Source: Candidatus Kerfeldbacteria bacterium
Lineage (GTDB): Bacteria > Patescibacteriota > Patescibacteriia > SBBC01 > CAIJZX01
Length of the DNA stretch: 64,000 nt
Assembly: GCA_963731735.1 (NCBI GenBank)
Contig: CAVSWO010000002.1
Location: 334,106 to 398,105, forward strand
Direction of reading: 5' to 3'
Below the pieces are notes generated by a model. The model was given only the letters and a program-made list of their open reading frames with translations, was not told the origin of the DNA and made no database searches. Made by a program: the position numbers and the translations under genes. This document shows positions 58,607 to 64,000 of this stretch, one piece after another (position 1 is the stretch's first letter; each line of letters begins with the position of its first letter).

Positions 58607-58948
58607 CTACCGTTGAAGCAGCCCCTCAAGGACAAATCGGATGATTCCCCAGCTAAGCAGGATGACTACCACGCCAATCGCGGCCCAGGCTAAGGTCTCT
58701 TTTGCCTGTTTGACCCGTTGGCTATTTCCCCCCGAAGTTAACATCATGACCCCGCCCCAGATAAACATCAGCGTCGCCAAAATAGCAATCACGCCCAAAA
58801 TATACCGAACTACCTGGCCAATTAAACAGGTGGCGGTATTACAGGCGATTGGATTAGTGATTTGGACGGCAGCCTGGACCGCGGGCGCGGCGGCCAGGAT
58901 CGTTATCGCGAGTAGCCCACCCGCCCATAAACTTCGAGACTTATGCAT
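58607..58948 (-). CDS. CPR pilin (TrbC/VirB2-like), divergent
   Basis: Signal peptide, ITNPI, WGG..LTSGGNSQRVKQAK..L.WA.IG. Start at MHKSRS. Confidence 0.85.
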   Translation of the reverse strand: MHKSRSLWAGGLLAITILAAAPAVQAAVQITNPIACNTATCLIGQVVRYILGVIAILATLMFIWGGVMMLTSGGNSQRVKQAKETLAWAAIGVVVILLSWGIIRFVLEGLLQR

Positions 58949-58967
58949 GGTCATAGTATACCACGAC

Positions 58968-60224
58968 TCAGTTTTTTGGTTGCTGGGAAAAATCGGTGAA
59001 GAGCGATTCATCACATTTGGTCGTGCACAGGTTGATTCCAAAACACGGTGAGGGTACGAATTGTGCCTCGGTTGGTAAAACACTTGAGCACCAGTACGGA
59101 CTGGCTTGTTCAAAACACGTTTTACTATTGTCCGGGTTAATACAAGAACCGCAAACTTGGCTGGCCTCGGGCTGTTGAAAGCAGGAACGGGAACCGCTGT
59201 AGAACTGGCTGTTTGGCAGTGAACCACACGATCGTTCAGACACGGAGTCCGCACAATAGAGCGGCTGGGTATTACCACTAGCATCGGTGCCGCGTACCAC
59301 GCAGCACCCCAGTGTGGTTCGGGACTTCTTGGCCGCTAGGTTGATATCAAACTGCGGCAGCAGCTTCTCAATCTTGTTAATGCGTTGGACGGTTGTGCTG
59401 GGCGAAGAACAGCTTTGACTGGAGTTCGATAAAATTAAATTTTCGGTCCGGGTATCAACCATGCCGGTGGCCGGCAGCAAGTTGGCAAGTTGAAAACGAC
59501 GGACACACGAGGCGGTGTTGTCACCATAACAACCCTTCCCGTCCAGACTGGATAAACACTCGCAGCCCTTAGCATCCAAAGCCTCTTGCAGCCGGGCGAT
59601 TGGTCCGGGCTGCGTGCCCGGATCGGCGCAACGAATTTCGATGGCGCTGTCGGTGTCAGCCGTGCAGCCATTATCCCACGTGGCGTGACAGTCAGTGCGT
59701 GTTTCCGTGCCGCCGGTGCCGCTGAAGGGTCGTTCCGAACTCGTCCCCCCGAAGACGGTCGCGATTGGACCGGAGAACGGATTTATGGCACGCGCGGTTG
59801 TGCCGGTAATCGCGGCCACCGCAAAGTTAATGGTGATGTAGGCGGTCATCGAAATGATGACCCCCACAATCGCGCCAATCACGATCCGTTTCCCATCTTC
59901 AATTTTTGAAGGCCGGCCGGCCGCGGTAATCCACTGCACTCCGCCCCAGATAATAAACAGCACGGCCAGAATGATAACAATGCTCTGACCCCATTGAGCT
60001 AGCACCACAAATTGCTGAAAAAATGAATCAATGGTACAGGGATTGGCGAATTGATCGACCATAACCGTTTTACCATCGCTCCCGATACTTGGCACACTCA
60101 CAATTTCTTGGTCGCACGGAATCAGCAGACCGGTGGCTTCGCTTTGCGCATGCGCCGCCGGTACCCAAACATTCAGCGCCAGGCTGACCGCCAAGACTAT
60201 CGCACCAACCAAGAAGGTCTTCAT
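58968..60224 (-). CDS. Pilin-domain protein fused to a peptidoglycan-binding-like domain and Cys-rich extension
   Basis: WGG.QWITAAG..KI..GK pilin core; LQEAL...G.YG.NT...VRRFQ....L.ATG.VD..T (PG_binding_1-like); many Cys. Confidence 0.75.
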   Translation of the reverse strand: MKTFLVGAIVLAVSLALNVWVPAAHAQSEATGLLIPCDQEIVSVPSIGSDGKTVMVDQFANPCTIDSFFQQFVVLAQWGQSIVIILAVLFIIWGGVQWITAAGRPSKIEDGKRIVIGAIVGVIISMTAYITINFAVAAITGTTARAINPFSGPIATVFGGTSSERPFSGTGGTETRTDCHATWDNGCTADTDSAIEIRCADPGTQPGPIARLQEALDAKGCECLSSLDGKGCYGDNTASCVRRFQLANLLPATGMVDTRTENLILSNSSQSCSSPSTTVQRINKIEKLLPQFDINLAAKKSRTTLGCCVVRGTDASGNTQPLYCADSVSERSCGSLPNSQFYSGSRSCFQQPEASQVCGSCINPDNSKTCFEQASPYWCSSVLPTEAQFVPSPCFGINLCTTKCDESLFTDFSQQPKN

Positions 60225-61594
60225 AGACTGGCGGTTAACTGCTCACCGGCCAAACGCAGCGCATCTTCGAGCGTGGCCTTACCTTCCAGGACACTGGTCG
60301 AAAGATCACGGAGGTATCCCTCGGCCTTCTGGCCGCCGTGGCCATGGTACCAAGTTTTGGCCGTCAGGAGCTGAGCCGCAAAGGTCCCGAGCTCGGGATC
60401 ATCCTTCTGGGTGCTTAAAATACTCCGCAGAGCTGAAAGTTTCCCGGTCATTTGGAGATACACCGGGACAGTTGATTCATAGGTCACAAAATTCAGCAAG
60501 TTCCAAGCCTGGGTGCTGCGGCCCTGTAATTGACTCGACTTTGAAACCATTAGCATGTCGTAACGAGCCGCATCAATCACCCGGGCTTGGTTCGTCAGCC
60601 CGTCCCGATCACCATCAGTGCTCAAATGAAGCATCGGCGAGACCGCCCAGTTGACCGCACTCTTTTTTATGGTGGCCAGGTCAGCCAGTGTTCCAAAATA
60701 GTAGGCCAGCTTCCCGGCCAAAAAATCTTCGCGAGCGTTTGGTTGTTGCGCGTTCCAACTATACGCAACTTTTTTCGGATTCGCGAAACTCAACCAAAAA
60801 TCCATGGCCGTTTGCGCCGCTTCGGTCATATGGACCGAATCTTGATTCGGTTGAATGGCCGGCCATCCATTTTGTAACATTAACAGCGCCATTAAGTCGG
60901 CGGCGTAAGGGACATTGTCGACGCTCCCGAGCGCCACGCCGGCCTGGACAATGGACTGCTGATCATCGGCCACCGTCAATCCGTTGACGGTTAGCTGTTG
61001 CAGCAGTTCACCCCAAGTCTTAGCCGGCTCGAAGACTTTCGCGTTGTTCAATAAATCTTTGTTGCTGTAGAGGACAATCGTGTCCATTGATAAGGGCAAG
61101 CCCCAGACCTGTCCATCAATCACCGCGTCTTGCGCCACAGCGTCTACAAAAGTGTTTTTCAGACTCGTCACCGATGGGGCGGGCAGGCTTTGCTGCACAA
61201 TTTCGGTGCCATTCCGAAAGAGTCCGGTCCCGGTTTTGACAATCGGAACGCCGAGCTGCGCCGGCATCGGCGTCGCAAATTCCGTCATCTGGCCGATCCA
61301 GGTTTGTGGGACAAAGAAAAGGTCTGGGCCATTGCCTTGGGCCCAGGCACTGACTAATCGATCATAATATCCTTCGGCCGGCACGACTTGGTAGGTGACG
61401 GTGGCGTATGGGCGTTGGATTGCATATCGTTTGGCCAGGGCGGCAAAAGCCAATCGTTCATCGGCGGTTCCCCAGACGGTTAGCGTGACCGGACTGACGG
61501 TGGTCGGTTTGCTTTTTAAAACACCGCTGACCAGCAGCACAATCGGAATGGCCGGTACCAGGATAATGGCGACAATGATGAGAATGCGGCGCAT
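60221..61594 (-). CDS. Extracellular solute-binding protein (SBP_bac_1 sugar type)
   Basis: N-terminal TM, VTLTVWG, G.GPDLF, GLPLS.DT..LY.NKDL. Confidence 0.85.
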   Translation of the reverse strand: MRRILIIVAIILVPAIPIVLLVSGVLKSKPTTVSPVTLTVWGTADERLAFAALAKRYAIQRPYATVTYQVVPAEGYYDRLVSAWAQGNGPDLFFVPQTWIGQMTEFATPMPAQLGVPIVKTGTGLFRNGTEIVQQSLPAPSVTSLKNTFVDAVAQDAVIDGQVWGLPLSMDTIVLYSNKDLLNNAKVFEPAKTWGELLQQLTVNGLTVADDQQSIVQAGVALGSVDNVPYAADLMALLMLQNGWPAIQPNQDSVHMTEAAQTAMDFWLSFANPKKVAYSWNAQQPNAREDFLAGKLAYYFGTLADLATIKKSAVNWAVSPMLHLSTDGDRDGLTNQARVIDAARYDMLMVSKSSQLQGRSTQAWNLLNFVTYESTVPVYLQMTGKLSALRSILSTQKDDPELGTFAAQLLTAKTWYHGHGGQKAEGYLRDLSTSVLEGKATLEDALRLAGEQLTASL

Positions 61595-61597
61595 AGG

Positions 61598-62476
61598 TTA
61601 TCGATCGAGATAGTCTTTAATGTCTTGTTTGAGCTCTGGATGTTTCAGCGCAAAATGAATATTGGCCTTGAGATATTCACGTTTACTGCCGCAATCGAAA
61701 TACCGCCCTTTGATAATTCGGGCATAGACGGCTTTGCGTCGGGCCATATTGTTGACGGCGTCGGATAACTGTAATTCACCGCCGGTTCCGGCCGGCAGCC
61801 GTTCAATCCAATCGAAAATGTCCGGGGTTAAGACGTAGCGTCCGGTGACCGCAAACAGGGAAGGCGTTTTGGCCGGATCAGGCTTTTCAATCACACCGGC
61901 GACCGGGAAAGCCTGCTGCACAGTTTTTCCTTTCGGGCGCATCATGCCGTAATGCCGGACCATTTCACGCGCCACCTCCATCGTTCCGATCACGCTGGCG
62001 CCGGTCCGATTATAAGTTTCGATAAGCTGTCCGATGGCCGGTTGTCGGGATTCAATAATGTCATCACCAAATGAAAAGGCAAACGGCTCATTCCCGACTA
62101 TCTCTTTCGCCATATACAGCGCGTTGGCGTTCCCCAAAATTTTATTTTGGCGGACGTAAACGAATTTTGCGAGTTTTGAAATGCGATGAACCTCTTTGAG
62201 CTGTTTGAGTTTCTTTGATTCGCGTAACGAAAGCTCCAGTTCGGCCGAATAGTCAAAATGATCTTCAATTGCCCGCTTATTCCGTCCGGTGACGAAGATG
62301 ATCTCTTCTATCCCGGCCTTGGCCATCTCTTCGACAATGTATTGAATCACCGGCTTGTCGACGATTGGCAGCATTTCCTTCGGTTGGGCAATCGTGGCCG
62401 GCAAAAAACGGGTACCAAATCCTGCCACCGGGATTACTGCTTTGCGAATTTTTTGACGTTTTGTTTTTTTCGCCAT
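61598..62476 (-). CDS. galU: UTP--glucose-1-phosphate uridylyltransferase
   Basis: KAVIPVAGFGTRFLPAT...PKEMLP.VDKP, VRQ, EKP, GRYVL, GE.QL.DA, DCG. Confidence 0.95.
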   Translation of the reverse strand: MAKKTKRQKIRKAVIPVAGFGTRFLPATIAQPKEMLPIVDKPVIQYIVEEMAKAGIEEIIFVTGRNKRAIEDHFDYSAELELSLRESKKLKQLKEVHRISKLAKFVYVRQNKILGNANALYMAKEIVGNEPFAFSFGDDIIESRQPAIGQLIETYNRTGASVIGTMEVAREMVRHYGMMRPKGKTVQQAFPVAGVIEKPDPAKTPSLFAVTGRYVLTPDIFDWIERLPAGTGGELQLSDAVNNMARRKAVYARIIKGRYFDCGSKREYLKANIHFALKHPELKQDIKDYLDR

Positions 62477-62508
62477 GGCGCTACTCTACCACAAATACCC
62501 GGGAAAGT

Positions 62509-63919
62509 CTATGGAGTTGGGGGTGCAAATGCTGCTAAGATTTCTTCCAGCCGATGTTTCCCGTGCAGTTGCTGAATGACCGCTTTTCGGTCGGCATTGG
62601 TCCGTTCCGCAAATCGCTCGGCCGCCGCCACAATTTTTCCGAAATCCGGACCGGGCAGTAATCCAATTTCGAGCAAATCTTGTCCGCGCAGAATCGGATG
62701 TGGGCCATGCTGCAACCCCAATCGTTCTAGACGCCGAAGAAACCAATCTCGAACCGGGTATGGTTGGGTGGCAAATTCGCCCCCGCGTCCCCGAACATAC
62801 GGCTTCCCGGACGGTCAGAAGCTGCGATGGCAAGGCCGGCCAGATTTGATTGACAAGCTGACGCAATAGACCGTCCGGCGCATCCGACCCGACCCGCTCA
62901 ACCGCTTCCAAAGCGAGATGCTGATCAACCAGCTTGGCGACCATGGCGATTTGATCATCCCCAAAACCATTTTGGTGGAGCCAACGCTTGGCTGGCTCAA
63001 CTCCCGCATGCGCATGCATCGCTGGGTCGTCCGCTAAGCCCTGGGCATCCCGACGAACAGTTTTTCCGAAGTCATGACAAAAAGCGGCCAGCAGAACGGT
63101 TAACCGGTCGGGCGCAGCTGGATGATAGCGACGGACGAGGCCGGCCGCTTGATCAACCGTTAATAACGTATGCGCCCAGACGTCACCCTCGGGATGTGTT
63201 TGCAAAACTTGCGGTGTATCCGGTAACTGCGCAATTGCGGGAAACCGATCGAACAAACCGATGTCCATAGCCAACTGCAGACCAACCGACGGGATTTCGG
63301 ACAACAGAAAAAGTTTTTTCCACTCTTCGCGCAACCGATCTCGAGACAATTCGGCAGTGGCCGGGCTTAAAGCCTTGAGTTGTGCGAGCGTCTCGTCGGC
63401 CACGCTGCAATCGAAACGGGCAGCGAATTGGCACGCTCGCAGCACCCGTAACGGATCATCACCAAAGGTTTCCGAATCAACTACCCGTAAAATACGATCG
63501 TGTAAATCTTCACGACCGTGGTAGGGGTCGAGGAGTTCGCCAGTCAGCGGATCTTCCAGCATGGCGTTGATCGTAAAATCGCGGCGCCGCGCCGCTTGCT
63601 CAGGAGACAGGTGTGGATCTATTTCAACCGAGAAGCCGGCATGACCGCGCCCGGTCTTTGTTTCTCGCCGCGGCGCCGCGATATCCACCTCCTGGTGGCC
63701 GAATTTTACCTTGATGATTCCAAAGGCCTTACCGACTTCGGCCACTTCGCCAAATTGTTGCATCACTGCTTCAATTTTTTTCACCGGCAACCCAAACACT
63801 TCAAGGTCGTAATCCTTGACCGGCAAACCAAACAGGCGGTCACGCACTGTGCCGCCGACGAAGAATGTACGACCGCCGGCGCGTTGAAGAGCGGTGGCAA
63901 TGTGTTGAATGTCCTGCAC
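62509..63919 (-). CDS. cca: CCA tRNA nucleotidyltransferase with HD domain, apparent frameshift at ~62799
   Basis: VGG.VRD, DYDLE, RRDFTINA, DPLRVLR, HPEG, HD.GK. Removing one base restores EADVRGRG and the C-terminal PILRGQDLL..G..PGP.FG (ORF 62509-62721). Confidence 0.88.
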
Positions 63920-64000
63920 GCCTATACTGTAACGGCGCTCCCATAAAAAGGAAAGTCTTGACAATGGCACGAATATCCTACAAGCTGGCCCCAGCTCATA

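Overview
Chromosomal segment of a Patescibacteria (CPR/Parcubacteria-type) bacterium. The lineage is inferred from 16S primer-site variants, VirB2-like pilins and gene content. The window spans the dnaA-dnaN origin region (rpmH-rnpA-yidD-yidC, dnaA, oriC, dnaN, dciA) and housekeeping genes (ruvB, ruvC, yebC, valS, tyrS, tsaD, tsaE, PBP1A, PilB/GspE). It also holds a stand-alone 16S rRNA gene, tRNA-Ile and tRNA-Glu, a Wzx/GT2/O-antigen-ligase block, two glycogen synthases, and a six-gene membrane glycosyltransferase (GT-C-like) array next to a pilin cluster. The most notable observations: (1) an integrase-less ~8 kb island at tRNA-Glu encoding a putative lipid/prenyl-modification pathway (split rifampicin-phosphotransferase-like dikinase, CFA synthase, BtaA-like DUF3419, UbiA, GNAT, phytol/dolichol-kinase-like protein); (2) an STT3/AglB-like protein heading the GT-C array, with three pilin paralogs that share tandem N-x-T sequons, suggesting pilin N-glycosylation; (3) a GIY-YIG gene between a broken 5' half of tRNA-Glu and an intact copy; (4) an ultrashort-Stem-I T-box with a Val specifier upstream of valS; (5) a candidate RNA thermometer before hsp20 and a novel pseudoknotted leader RNA; (6) a 35-aa protamine-like peptide missed by the ORF track; (7) a cohesin-domain gene whose frame continues past an in-frame TGA to an SWGRIKTLYR tail. 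All family assignments come from motif recognition by eye; no database searches were run.
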